Shown piece by piece: positions 48,989 to 58,768 of a stretch of DNA of 64,000 bases; position 1 is the stretch's first letter; each line of letters starts with the position of its first letter. Source of the DNA: Verrucomicrobiota bacterium (GTDB taxonomy: Bacteria > Verrucomicrobiota > Verrucomicrobiia > Limisphaerales > CANJXF01); NCBI GenBank assembly GCA_038214755.1, contig JBBQRQ010000006.1:1-64000 (forward strand), written 5' to 3'. Below the pieces are notes generated by a model. It had not been told where the DNA came from, ran no database searches, and was given only the letters and a program-made list of their open reading frames with translations. The position numbers and the translations under genes are program-made.

Positions 48989-49207
48989 TTAACGAAAGTC
49001 ATCCGCGTTCAAGCCGCTGCCGCGCACAATGTTTTTCAATGTGCCAATGGGAATCGGTTTGCTGCCGTGCATTGGAACGATGACCTGTCGGCCATCTGGA
49101 TGACGCCACTTTTGATGACTGCCACGTTGGTCGAGAAAAATGAATCCATGACGACGAAGAACACGAACGACATCGTGCGCGTTGCACACCGGAAAATGCT
49201 GGCTCAC
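48989..49207 (-). CDS. hicA: HicA family toxin
   Basis: L..HGF....QRGSH.KW.HPDGR.V.VPMH....I.IGTL..I; GTG start overlaps the hicB stop. Confidence 0.9.
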   Translation of the reverse strand: MSQHFPVCNAHDVVRVLRRHGFIFLDQRGSHQKWRHPDGRQVIVPMHGSKPIPIGTLKNIVRGSGLNADDFR

Positions 49208-49407
49208 GGCAGGACCACTTCCATCAGCTTGGCGCCTTCGCGCAACTCCACTGGCGACGGCGCGAACCATAGCGCCAATGCTTCCTTCGCATTGACCACG
49301 GATTCATCTTCCGTGTCGCCGGCCGATCCGCAGCCGGGGAGTTCGGGAAAAATCGCTGACCACCGTTTGGTGGTGGGATCGAACTCAATCAGCAATCGAA
49401 ATTTCAT
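49204..49407 (-). CDS. hicB: HicB family antitoxin (short, no C-terminal DNA-binding domain)
   Basis: W.A.FPELPGC.S.GDT..E...NAKEAL.LW. Confidence 0.9.
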   Translation of the reverse strand: MKFRLLIEFDPTTKRWSAIFPELPGCGSAGDTEDESVVNAKEALALWFAPSPVELREGAKLMEVVLP

Positions 49408-49540
49408 GCGACGCACCGTAATCGAAAACATTTTTATCGGCAAGCAAGTAGCTGCGGCATTGCGCAGCTACGCCATTGCGCAGGTGCCGGCGAAAAGTTT
49501 TGCGGCTTGAAGGGCGGGATTCTTATCATACAATTGAAGC

Positions 49541-49798
49541 GTGGAAACTGTAATGACCGTCACAGATTTGGTGAGGGACACCTGCAAGGCCGCGACTCGC
49601 ATGGTGCAGCGCGGCGATAAAATCACGATCAAGAGCGGGGACCGAACCCTGTTCAAAGTGGTTCCCGCCGAAAACTACGAGGTGAAGATGACGCCCAGGC
49701 AATACAAGGCGTTCGTCAAAAGCATCGACGGGATGGCCAAAGGGTTTGATCCCGACAAAAGCCCGATCATTCAAATGCGCCTCCGGAGACGCCTGTGA
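49541..49798 (+). CDS. Phd/YefM-like antitoxin
   Basis: MTVTDL.R......V.RG..I.I N-terminus; overlaps the PIN gene; TTGAAG-N16-TACAAT lies 6 nt upstream. Confidence 0.7.
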   Translation: METVMTVTDLVRDTCKAATRMVQRGDKITIKSGDRTLFKVVPAENYEVKMTPRQYKAFVKSIDGMAKGFDPDKSPIIQMRLRRRL

Positions 49799-50235
49799 TT
49801 GTTTTTGCCGACACCAGTTTTCTTTATAGCAGCTATTTCCCGGACCAGTCGCGTCATGCAGATGCCGCCCGCCGTTTTTGGAAGCAGGGCGTTTCCATCA
49901 GCGTTAGTCCCGCCGTCGTGTTGGAGCTTCGGTTGGGAGCCATCTACGACGCTAAAAACGAAACCGGGTGGGAATTATTTCTGCGCGACAAGCAGGCAAA
50001 AAAAATAAACGAGATTTCCGTGGAATGGGAAAAGCTTTTTTACCGCTTCGAGCCAATCGCGCTGCAGCATCCTTCCAAACGGGTGGGACTGGCCGATGGC
50101 TTGCATGTTTTGGCCGCACTCCAGTCGGGGGCCACCCATTTTCTGAGTTTTGATTTTCGTTCTGGCCAGCGCGCCATTGCCCGCGCCGTGGGACTGACCG
50201 TCCTGCCCGAGCGCATGGCCGGCGAGTTCAACTAG
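49795..50235 (+). CDS. PIN-domain (VapC-like) toxin
   Basis: FADTSFL; V.LE; D.LHVLAA..GA..FLSFD..QR..A...GL. Confidence 0.88.
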   Translation: MIVFADTSFLYSSYFPDQSRHADAARRFWKQGVSISVSPAVVLELRLGAIYDAKNETGWELFLRDKQAKKINEISVEWEKLFYRFEPIALQHPSKRVGLADGLHVLAALQSGATHFLSFDFRSGQRAIARAVGLTVLPERMAGEFN

Positions 50236-50388
50236 CTCAAAAATATTTTCCGAAAAGCCGAGAACGCCGAGGGCGAATCTGTCTTTGTGCAAATGTTCCC
50301 GGAGTGAAATCGCCGTCACCGCGAGTTCAGAAATCTTGAGGCGGCTTAAAGCAATAACCGTAAATTTTTCCCGCATCATGCGAACGGC

Positions 50389-51123
50389 TTAATTCCAACC
50401 CATGATTTTCAAAACCTCCGCGCGCCAAGTCGCGTAGGCCTTCTGGTTTAAATGCAAACCGTCCGCCGTCAATTCCTCTTTCAACTCGCCTTGATCGTCC
50501 ACCATGAATTTGTGCAGGTCGATATAGTCGTAGCCAAATTCTGCGGCGAGTTTTCGCAAGCGTTCATTAAATTCACGAACCGGCGCGTTGTGTTTGGCAT
50601 AGTTTCCCCGCGTGGGAAGAACCGACTGAACATGAACCCGCACGGCGGGAGCCGTCTCATGAATGCGTTTTAAAATTTCGCGATAACCTTGTTCCATGAC
50701 ATCAACGCTGCGGCCCGAACCGAGGTCGTTGATACCGATCAATAAAAACACATCCGTCGCAGCGCACTCGAACACGGAGTTATCCAGTCGCCGCAAAACA
50801 CCGCGCGCATCGTTCGTCGCGAGGGCATTGCCGATGACATCCCCACCGATGCCGCGATTGAGAACTCGTCGGCCACCGAAATGTTTACTCACATCGAACC
50901 CTTCCGTGATGCTGTCGCCCAACAAAACAACATTTCGCCAGGCGAGGTTCTGCTCTTTGAACGCGCGAACCCGAGTGTCGTAGTGCATCCGAAACAAGGC
51001 GCCGAGATCGACTGGCTTGTCCGATTTAGCCGGTGAATTGGTTTGAACAGGCGAGTTAGTCTGCTCTGCCGCAGTGACAAAAAAAGTGACAATCAAAAAC
51101 ACGAACGAGATGAAAAATTTCAT
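50389..51123 (-). CDS. GDSL/SGNH hydrolase
   Basis: LGDSITEG, NRGIGGD, LIGIND and DGLHLN; signal peptide. Confidence 0.92.
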   Translation of the reverse strand: MKFFISFVFLIVTFFVTAAEQTNSPVQTNSPAKSDKPVDLGALFRMHYDTRVRAFKEQNLAWRNVVLLGDSITEGFDVSKHFGGRRVLNRGIGGDVIGNALATNDARGVLRRLDNSVFECAATDVFLLIGINDLGSGRSVDVMEQGYREILKRIHETAPAVRVHVQSVLPTRGNYAKHNAPVREFNERLRKLAAEFGYDYIDLHKFMVDDQGELKEELTADGLHLNQKAYATWRAEVLKIMGWN

Positions 51124-51265
51124 AGAAACGAAACTACTAAAATCCGTGCGGCAAGGTTATCTATTTTTGAAGCACCAAAATAGCCGGGGGCAAAAGATTT
51201 TTCAGGGTTGCTCTGAACACCGCAACCTTGCGCCCGCCCGGCGGCCCCGTTATTTTTTGCTCAAT

Positions 51266-51342
51266 GCGCCCGTAGCTCAGTTGGATAGAGCATCTGCCTT
51301 CTAAGCAGAGGGTCGCGCGTTCGAGTCGCGCCGGGCGCACCA
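51266..51342 (+). tRNA. tRNA-Arg (anticodon TCT)
   Basis: gcgcccg acceptor stem; D-arm agctcagttggatagagc; anticodon arm tctgc-ctTCTaa-gcaga; T-arm gttcgag; encoded CCA. Confidence 0.96.
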
Positions 51343-51393
51343 CTTCCACACTTGGCATTTACGACTGACGATTTTGGATTTACGATTTTCTCC

Positions 51394-52281
51394 GTGCTTT
51401 CTCTCGAATATCTCGCCGCCCTTCTTGAAAAAAATTGCGATGCCGTTTCGGCGCGAGTGAAAGAATTTTCCATTGGCGAAAAACAATTTGATTTCAACGC
51501 GCAACCTTTTCTCATGGGCGTCATCAATCTCTCGCCCGACTCGTGGTATCGCGAAAGCGTTTGTCTCTCCACCGATGGCGCCATTCAGCGAGGTACAATT
51601 CTTTCTGCACAAGGAGCAGCCATTATTGATGTTGGAGCGGAATCTTCTTTGTCAAATGCCGGTCGCGTTGATGCCGCAGCACAAACCAGCCGGCTCATTC
51701 CGGTGATCCACGGTTTGCGTCACGAAAATATTTTAGTGTCGGTTGAAACCTACGAGCCGTCGGTTGCCAAAACTTGTTTGGAAGCAGGCGCGAACGTGTT
51801 GAATCTCACCGGGACAAAATCCAGCGATGAAATTTTTCGCATGGCTGCCGCGAATTCTGCTGCGGTAATAATTTGTTTTGTGCAGGGGCCAAACGTCCGC
51901 GAAGTCAGCGAGTTCGACATGAGCGCTGATCCGATTGCCATGATGTCGGAATTTTTCTCGCGTCACATTGAAGCAGCGACGCACCTCGGCGTGGAGAAAA
52001 TTTTCATCGATCCCGGTCTCGGCTTTTACTACCGGAATCTGCAAGACAGCGCGGTGCGGGTGCGCCACCAAATGAATATTTTTCTGAACACGTTTCGGCT
52101 GCGCGCGCTCGGTTTTCCCGTCTGCCACGCGTTACCGCACGCGTTTGAATTTTTCGGCGAGGAGGTTCGCATCGCTGAACCTTTCTTCGCTGTTCTCGCC
52201 GCGTTGGGAAAAACCGACTTATTCCGCACCCACGAAATTGCTCGAACCAAGGCTGTGCTGGAAACGTTGAAAATTTTCTAA
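51394..52281 (+). CDS. Dihydropteroate synthase-like pterin-binding protein (divergent)
   Basis: MGVINLSPDS, IIDVGAES, IDPGLGF and FRTHE; lacks the SRK motif; start uncertain (GTG 51394). Confidence 0.75.
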   Translation: MLSLEYLAALLEKNCDAVSARVKEFSIGEKQFDFNAQPFLMGVINLSPDSWYRESVCLSTDGAIQRGTILSAQGAAIIDVGAESSLSNAGRVDAAAQTSRLIPVIHGLRHENILVSVETYEPSVAKTCLEAGANVLNLTGTKSSDEIFRMAAANSAAVIICFVQGPNVREVSEFDMSADPIAMMSEFFSRHIEAATHLGVEKIFIDPGLGFYYRNLQDSAVRVRHQMNIFLNTFRLRALGFPVCHALPHAFEFFGEEVRIAEPFFAVLAALGKTDLFRTHEIARTKAVLETLKIF

Positions 52282-52422
52282 GCTCCTATTGGAAAAAGTG
52301 GGGCAGGCAGTCTGCCTGCCTGCCGGGCTTCCAGCCTGCGAAATTCCAAACTCGGGCAAGATGCCCACAGTGGCAGGCTGGAAGCGTGCCCCACTATTAT
52401 GCCCGGTGATTTTAACCCGGCG

Positions 52423-53406
52423 CTATCGCAACTTGTGGCAGAGAAAAACTCCTTCCTCTTGCGACTTCGTAATCCATTGGTCAACCACCGTAATTCCATA
52501 ATCGTGCAGGAAGCGGCTCAACTTCGCGGGAGTGTGACGGTACGAAAAAAATAATCGGATGCGTTCTCCCGCGAAAAATTCCAATCGCTCTTCCGCCACG
52601 TGAATCTGGCACCGCTTGGAAAAAATAAAATGCGCCACCACTCGTTTTAACGACGTGTAACAATCCTCGATGTCAAAACGCACAACGCCGTCGGATTTTT
52701 CCACACCCAGGTCGAACAAAAAAGTTTGCAGCCAATCACGAGTCAACTCGTTGTCGTAAAGCGGTAGAATTTTTTTGACGCCAGCCAGATAATTTTTTCC
52801 CGGCGCGAGATTGGCGCTCAGCAACATCCAATCTTTCGGACGCAGCAGGTCCGCCAGCACAGGCAAAATTTGTTGCGGCTCAAAATTTGGAATCATTCCG
52901 AAAAAAGTCAGGAGCCGGGCCGCGCGCAAATCCTTTACGCCGGAAAATATTTCGGAGACATCGTGGGCTGCAGCCAGATCGCAGACAAAAGGAAAACAAT
53001 TTTTTTCGGCGACAACAGACCTGGCCGTTTGCTGCGCGATCAACACCATTGCCACGCTCACATCCGAGGGCGTGTAAAAAATTTCCTTCCCCTGCAGTTT
53101 TGCCAACTGCAACAAGCGCTTATCTTTTTGTCCACCGCCGCATCCCAATCCGATTACATGAATTCGCGGTAGCCCAATGCGCTTCGTTGCGGCCGCAAAA
53201 CTTTTGTCGTAAACCCCCGCGCCGTCCGCATCCGTGCGCGAAGGAGAAAAGACGTCATGCAAGGCGAGCCATTTTTGCGTTTGCTTGATACTGTCGTAAT
53301 GAAACTTGTGATTGATCTGGCGCGACCGCAGCGACTCCAACAAATCTTGCCGGACATTTTCTGGAAATTGGCTGGGATCAATTCGGACGAACACAGCGCG
53401 AGGCAT
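52423..53406 (-). CDS. EgtD-like SAM-dependent methyltransferase
   Basis: L.S.QI.HKFHYD; GLGCG.GQK; DVS; FFG...NFEP; GE.I....S.R.T. Confidence 0.75.
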   Translation of the reverse strand: MPRAVFVRIDPSQFPENVRQDLLESLRSRQINHKFHYDSIKQTQKWLALHDVFSPSRTDADGAGVYDKSFAAATKRIGLPRIHVIGLGCGGGQKDKRLLQLAKLQGKEIFYTPSDVSVAMVLIAQQTARSVVAEKNCFPFVCDLAAAHDVSEIFSGVKDLRAARLLTFFGMIPNFEPQQILPVLADLLRPKDWMLLSANLAPGKNYLAGVKKILPLYDNELTRDWLQTFLFDLGVEKSDGVVRFDIEDCYTSLKRVVAHFIFSKRCQIHVAEERLEFFAGERIRLFFSYRHTPAKLSRFLHDYGITVVDQWITKSQEEGVFLCHKLR

Positions 53407-53656
53407 GAGATTTCTTAGATAGAATTTACGGGAATGAACAGAATTTGTTTTCGACAGGATAATTTGTTTCCGCGCGTTTGGCTCTCGCGGGTGTGATTCA
53501 AACTGTCGGTCAGAACAAGAGCGCCAGGAGGGCTGGCGCACTCTAAGACGCTTCGCGCCATTCATGCGCTATCAAAATTCGCGCGAGCGTCTTGGAGTGC
53601 GGCGGCCCTCCGCCGCTTTTAACAGCGCCGGTAGTAACCGCCACTTGGAATCACAC

Positions 53657-53815
53657 GGGCGCATCTTGACACCACTACCACTCCAATCAGAGGGAGTGGG
53701 GCAGGCTACCAGCCTGTCTGAGCGGGCATCTTGCCCGCGAATCCTGGGGCTGGAAGCCCCGATGGCAGACAGGATGTCTGCCCCACTACTTTGGTGGTGG
53801 TGTCAAGATGCGCCC
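53657..53815. mobile_element. 159-bp MITE with 19-bp terminal inverted repeats and a 9-bp target-site duplication
   Basis: TIR gggcgcatcttgacaccac / gtggtgtcaagatgcgccc; direct repeat gaatcacac at 53648-53656 and 53816-53824. Confidence 0.85.
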
Positions 53816-53877
53816 GAATCACACCCGTTCTCGCTCCGCGCGTTGACTTGGCCATCGTGGACGGTAATATTCGGACA

Positions 53878-54636
53878 ATGAACTTCGACATTTCGCAGGT
53901 CCTTGAGCAATGGGATTACGAGTCAGGCCAGGTCGTGGTAAGAAAATTCAAAGCCAAAGATGGGCAGGAAAAAATTCAACTTCGCGTAGACCTGGGTCTG
54001 TTGCAGATGAATGCGACTGGCCGTCCCGATGGAAAAAAACCTTTCGGACAGCAATCGTTGCTCGATCATCATATCGCCCAGTTGGAAAAATTCCGAAAAT
54101 CGCACGACGGCGATGACGACGGTTTCGCGTTGAAGGCCGAGGATTGCTCCCGGCTGCAACAAGAGGCCATCCAATATCATCATCGCTACATTTGTCTTTT
54201 TCAGTTGGAGGATTACGAAGGCGTGATTCGCGACACGGAACGGAACCTGGAGGCGTTTGATTTTGTCCAACATTATTCCGAGTCCGAGGAAATGTCGTGG
54301 GCACTGCAACAATTTCGTCCGCAACTTTTGATGATGCGCATTCGCGCGCGCGGCGCCATTGCCCTCCGCGAAAATGGCCACAACAAAGTCATCAAGTTGA
54401 TCGAGGAAGGGTTGGAGGAGATTCGCAATTTCTATCGCGAACATTCCCGACACGACCTGCTTGAGCAGAGCGGAGAAATCCAATCGCTGGAAGCCTGGTT
54501 GCAGGAGGTGACTTCCAAACGTCCCCAGACCGAGCGGGAAAAACTTGAGACTGCGCTCGACGAAGCGGTGCGAGCCGAGAATTACGAAAAGGCGGCCAAG
54601 GTGCGCGATGCTCTGCGCAATTTGAAAACGATTTGA
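53878..54636 (+). CDS. UvrB/UvrC-motif-containing protein
   Basis: IQLRVDLGLLQM..GRPDG..P; E..QY.HRY; C-terminal L..AV..ENYE.AA..RD; TTGACT-N16-TAATAT lies 7 nt upstream. Confidence 0.85.
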   Translation: MNFDISQVLEQWDYESGQVVVRKFKAKDGQEKIQLRVDLGLLQMNATGRPDGKKPFGQQSLLDHHIAQLEKFRKSHDGDDDGFALKAEDCSRLQQEAIQYHHRYICLFQLEDYEGVIRDTERNLEAFDFVQHYSESEEMSWALQQFRPQLLMMRIRARGAIALRENGHNKVIKLIEEGLEEIRNFYREHSRHDLLEQSGEIQSLEAWLQEVTSKRPQTEREKLETALDEAVRAENYEKAAKVRDALRNLKTI

Positions 54637-54831
54637 TCCGCGGAATGACTTTGGACTGCGGGGACATGTCCCCGCTTTAGCTGCACCGTGAAAAGAGCGG
54701 GAGACTCCAGCAGTCGCAAGTTTCATCTATCAATCAGGGCGAAGGAAAAGCGGCGTCATGCCGCCGCAATCACAAGGAATGGTGGGATGTTTCTTTTTCT
54801 TAACTGGCTAAATCCATGAATAAATAACTTT

Positions 54832-55278
54832 ATGACCTTGCAGGAACGTCTCTCTCAAGAAATCAAATCCGCCATGCTCGCCAAAGATGCCGCGCGCCTC
54901 GGCACGTTGCGCCTTCTGAAATCCGCGCTGGGCTACGCTCAAATGGAAAAGAAAACCGAATCAACTTCCGACGCGGATTTTGTGGCGCTGGCGCAAAAGG
55001 AAATTAAAAAACGCCGCGATTCCATCGAGCAATTTGAAAAAGGCGGACGCCCCGAACTCGCAGAAAAAGAAAAAGAAGAAATCACCGTGCTCGAAACATT
55101 TATGCCTCAAGCCATGTCCGCCGAGGAGTTAGAGCAACTCGTCCGCGCGACGATCCAGGAATTGGGTGCCACGTCCAAAAAAGAGATGGGACCTGTGATC
55201 AAAGCCGCGCAAGCGAAAGCGGCCGGGCGCGCGGAAGGAAAAACGATCAGCGCACTGGCGGGTCAGTTGTTGCCATGA
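54832..55278 (+). CDS. GatB/YqeY domain protein
   Basis: K.AM.AKD..RL.TLR..KS; KE.KKRRDS.EQF..GGR.ELA..E..E; K.MG.V. Confidence 0.92.
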   Translation: MTLQERLSQEIKSAMLAKDAARLGTLRLLKSALGYAQMEKKTESTSDADFVALAQKEIKKRRDSIEQFEKGGRPELAEKEKEEITVLETFMPQAMSAEELEQLVRATIQELGATSKKEMGPVIKAAQAKAAGRAEGKTISALAGQLLP

Positions 55279-55497
55279 TTTTTGGTTGGCACTCTTCGCG
55301 CTAGACCAGAAATCGCTCTCGCCCTCGGTCCTCCGGCGGGTGCGAAGACATTTTTTCGGAGCGCCGATCTCCCGATCGGCGCGAACCGCTGTCATGACAA
55401 CGAGCCGATCGGGAGATCGGCGCTCCGAATAGGCAGCAAAAAAAACTTCGCGCTTTTCAATTTGCCCAACTAATTTCCCGTCACACCAATCCGCGCC

Positions 55498-56598
55498 ATG
55501 ACGAGCCATCTTCACAATGGTCAAACGCACGAAAGCAACGCAGATCGCGCGCCGGAAGTTCTCGAAAAATTGATCCAGCAAGCCGAACGCGCGGGAGCAA
55601 GTGACGTTCATCTTCAGATGCGCGGAAAAACTGCGGAAGTCGGTTTTCGCCTCGACGGAATTATTACTCCAACAACTGAGTTTTTCGGCGACGTGGCCGA
55701 GCGCGTTTTTGGGCGAATTAAATTTCTCGCGCGATTGAAAACCTACCAGGAATCGCTCCCACAAGATGGGCGCATTCCGCACGAAGAACTTGGCAGCCGC
55801 AATGACATTCGCGTCGCCACCTATCCGACTGTGACCGGCGAAAAAATTGTCCTGCGTCTTTTTAATTCTTCCATGGCGAAATCCCTCCACGAATTAGATT
55901 TTCCTGACGATGTCGTCCTTGAACTGAAAACTTTTCTTCGTCAACCAAACGGTTTGTTGCTGCTCACCGGACCCGCCGGCAGCGGAAAAACGACAACGAT
56001 CTACGCTTGTCTGCGGCACCTCGTTGAACTCGGCGGACGGCAGATTATTTCCGTTGAAGATCCGGTCGAACAAATTATTCCCGGCACGATGCAAACCGAA
56101 GTGAACGAAGCCATCGGACTCGATTTCGCGCGCGCCGCAAAACATTTGCTTCGGCAGGATCCGCAAGTTTTGGTCATCGGCGAAATTCGCGACGAAGCCA
56201 CCGCGCAACTCGCGGTTCGCGCCGGCTTGACCGGGCATCTGGTGATTTCAACTTTGCACGCCGGTTCCTGCAAAGGCGTTTTCGAGCGACTGCTCGTGAT
56301 GTGCGCCGACCATTCCGCGGTCGCGAGTTCTGTTGAAATGATTTTGAATGAGCGGCTCATTCGCAAACTTTGCGGCGAGTGCAAAGGCGCCGGTTGCGAT
56401 GCTTGTTTGCAAACCGGTTTTCAAGGCCGCGTGCCACTCGTTGAATGGCTGCGTGTGAATGAAACAATGCGTTCAGAAATTCGTCGGCACGAATTGCAAT
56501 CGCTCGTTCCGGCGCAATCGTTGGAAACTTCCGCGTGCTCGCTCGTCGATCAAGGCGTGACCAGCGAAACAGAATTGCGGCGCGTGTTTGGATTATGA
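55498..56598 (+). CDS. GspE/PilB/ComGA-like assembly ATPase (no N-terminal domain)
   Basis: ASDVH, PQDGR, GEKIVLR, GPAGSGKTT, VEDPVE, LRQDP..IGEIRD, TGHLV.STLH and C..C...C..C. Confidence 0.92.
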   Translation: MTSHLHNGQTHESNADRAPEVLEKLIQQAERAGASDVHLQMRGKTAEVGFRLDGIITPTTEFFGDVAERVFGRIKFLARLKTYQESLPQDGRIPHEELGSRNDIRVATYPTVTGEKIVLRLFNSSMAKSLHELDFPDDVVLELKTFLRQPNGLLLLTGPAGSGKTTTIYACLRHLVELGGRQIISVEDPVEQIIPGTMQTEVNEAIGLDFARAAKHLLRQDPQVLVIGEIRDEATAQLAVRAGLTGHLVISTLHAGSCKGVFERLLVMCADHSAVASSVEMILNERLIRKLCGECKGAGCDACLQTGFQGRVPLVEWLRVNETMRSEIRRHELQSLVPAQSLETSACSLVDQGVTSETELRRVFGL

Positions 56599-57593
56599 AC
56601 TACGACGAATTCAGCTTCTTCAACCAACAACTCGCCGCAATGTTGCGCGACGGAATTCCGCTGGAGGGCGCGCTCCGCCGACTCTGTGAAGAAATGCGAA
56701 GCGGCGGACTGCGCACTGAACTGGAGCTTCTCGAAACGGACCTCGCAAAAGGCGTGCCTCTCGCCCATGCGCTCGACGCGCGCAAACTCCCTGAACTTTA
56801 CAAACAGATGATTCGCGTCGGTGTCGAAAGCGACAATCTTCCCGGCGCATTGACGATGCTGGCTGATTATTATCATTGGCAAAATAATCTCTGGGTGCGG
56901 CTGAAAGGCTTGATGGTTTATCCGCTGATCGTGCTGTTCGTCGCCTTTCTGGTTTCAACTTTTTGCACCGTCATGTGGCGGAAAATTTTGGAGCCAAATC
57001 TTTTTTCGTTGTTTGTTTATTCGGAGGAAGGAATGGACCGCTCAATCTCAAATGCTGGACAATTACTGCTGCATTCGTGGATTTTCCCCCTCGTCTTCGG
57101 CTCTTTGTTTTTAATTTGCCTAACAATTATTTTTATTCCGAAGCTGCGCGAGAAAGTCCGCTGGAAGTTACCCGCCTTCAAGGAAGCCAGCGTTGCGCGC
57201 GTCGCTTCTACCATGACTTTGCTGCTCAAAGGCGGAGTCAATTTCCCCGATGCAATTCGTCTGCTCGCGAAACTTGAAACCAATCCAATCGTGGCGGCGG
57301 ATTTGCAGCGCTGGCAGGAAAATATCTCCCAGGGAATGAAAAAATTTTCTGAAATCGCCGCAAAAAATTGCCTCTTTCCTCCGTTGTTCGTCTGGATCGT
57401 TTCCAACGCGGGCGAAGATTTGCCCACCGGTTTTCAACGCTCCGCTGAGATGTATCAATCGCGGGCGTTTTATCGCACTGAAATCGCGCTCTACTCGTTG
57501 CTCCCGATTTCGGTTTTGTTTTTGGGCGCAATTGTTTTGTCGCAAGCCTATCTGCTGGCGAGTGCGTTTGAAATTTTCACTTTCCTGTCTTAA
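56595..57593 (+). CDS. GspF/PilC family platform protein 1
   Basis: F.QQLA.ML..GIPL..AL; G..S.NL...L..LA.YY; .YP; second T2SSF repeat. Confidence 0.88.
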   Translation: MNYDEFSFFNQQLAAMLRDGIPLEGALRRLCEEMRSGGLRTELELLETDLAKGVPLAHALDARKLPELYKQMIRVGVESDNLPGALTMLADYYHWQNNLWVRLKGLMVYPLIVLFVAFLVSTFCTVMWRKILEPNLFSLFVYSEEGMDRSISNAGQLLLHSWIFPLVFGSLFLICLTIIFIPKLREKVRWKLPAFKEASVARVASTMTLLLKGGVNFPDAIRLLAKLETNPIVAADLQRWQENISQGMKKFSEIAAKNCLFPPLFVWIVSNAGEDLPTGFQRSAEMYQSRAFYRTEIALYSLLPISVLFLGAIVLSQAYLLASAFEIFTFLS

Positions 57594-58768
57594 TGAAATT
57601 GTTCGCCTTCATTGAATTTTTTTTCGACGAGGACTCGCCGTTCCTCATTTTCATTCCAGTGCTGAAAAGTATTTTCTGGTATGCGACTCATTTTCTTTTG
57701 CCGGTGGCGATTTTAGCCGTCGTTCTGCACGCCTTCTTTTCGCTCCCATTGCGCCGCCGGGAACGCGCGCGATTTTTTCTCGACTTGATTGAGTCGTCAC
57801 TGGCTCAAGGACGCGCCGTCGAACAAACCATCGTTTCCGCCGCCGAAAGCCGCGATCGCGCCATGGGCGTTCGCTTTCATCTGCTCGCCGCGCACATCGA
57901 ATTAGGTTTGAGCCTTGGTGAAGCGTTGAAAAACGTCCCTCGTTTTTTGCCGCCGCAAATTTCCTGCATCCTGCGCGCTGGAGAAAAACTCGGCGACCTG
58001 GCCCGCGTCCTTCCGGCGTGCCGCGAATGTTTGCGCGGCCAATCTATTTTTGCGAAAAGCGCGATTCAATACATGTTCGTCCTGCTGCTTGCATTTTCGG
58101 TCATCGCGATTTTTTTGACTTCCGTAACGATTCCGCAAATCGACCAAATTTTGATTGGAATGCAAATGACTCATCCATCGAGCGCCGCGCCAGCCAGTCA
58201 TTTATTGATGTTCGTTCAAATCATCGTTGCGTCTGTTTTGATTCTCGGAATATCAATTTATGTTGGCGGCCCGCGCTTGATTCGTTGGTTTCGTTTTCGC
58301 GGTTTGCCATTTGTCGATTGGATTGCGTGGCGAATTCCGTGGAAACAAAAACGATTGCAGAAAACTTTTTCCGCAATGCTCGCCGTGCTGCTTGACGCCC
58401 GAGTGCCGGAAATGGAAGCCGTCCAACTCGCCGGCGATTGCACGGCAAACGCCCTCTGCCAACGTCAAAGCCAGCGCGTGATCTCCGGATTGAAAAATGG
58501 AATCAAACTCGATGAGGCCGTTCGCGCCTTCGACGAAACTGGCGAATTTCACTGGCGGCTGGCCAATGCCATTCACGCGCAAAACGGATTCCTGGGCGCA
58601 TTGCGCGGCTGGCACGAAGCGCTGGCCGCAAAAGCGTTTCAACAAGAAGAAACCGCTGCGCACATCTTCACCTGCGGTTTGATTATTTTGAACGGCGCGC
58701 TCGTGGCGCTGGTGGCCACGACTCTTTTTTGGACGCTGATCTCCATTCTCGACGGAGCCTCATTATGA
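57593..58768 (+). CDS. GspF/PilC family platform protein 2 (divergent)
   Basis: G.SL.EAL...P..LP.....L.AGE..GDL; LA.LL.A..P..EA..LA. Confidence 0.75.
   Translation: MKLFAFIEFFFDEDSPFLIFIPVLKSIFWYATHFLLPVAILAVVLHAFFSLPLRRRERARFFLDLIESSLAQGRAVEQTIVSAAESRDRAMGVRFHLLAAHIELGLSLGEALKNVPRFLPPQISCILRAGEKLGDLARVLPACRECLRGQSIFAKSAIQYMFVLLLAFSVIAIFLTSVTIPQIDQILIGMQMTHPSSAAPASHLLMFVQIIVASVLILGISIYVGGPRLIRWFRFRGLPFVDWIAWRIPWKQKRLQKTFSAMLAVLLDARVPEMEAVQLAGDCTANALCQRQSQRVISGLKNGIKLDEAVRAFDETGEFHWRLANAIHAQNGFLGALRGWHEALAAKAFQQEETAAHIFTCGLIILNGALVALVATTLFWTLISILDGASL

Noticed and set aside
43220..51342. Integrative element ending at tRNA-Arg and carrying CRISPR/TA
   Set aside because: No integrase and no duplicated tRNA 3' end seen.
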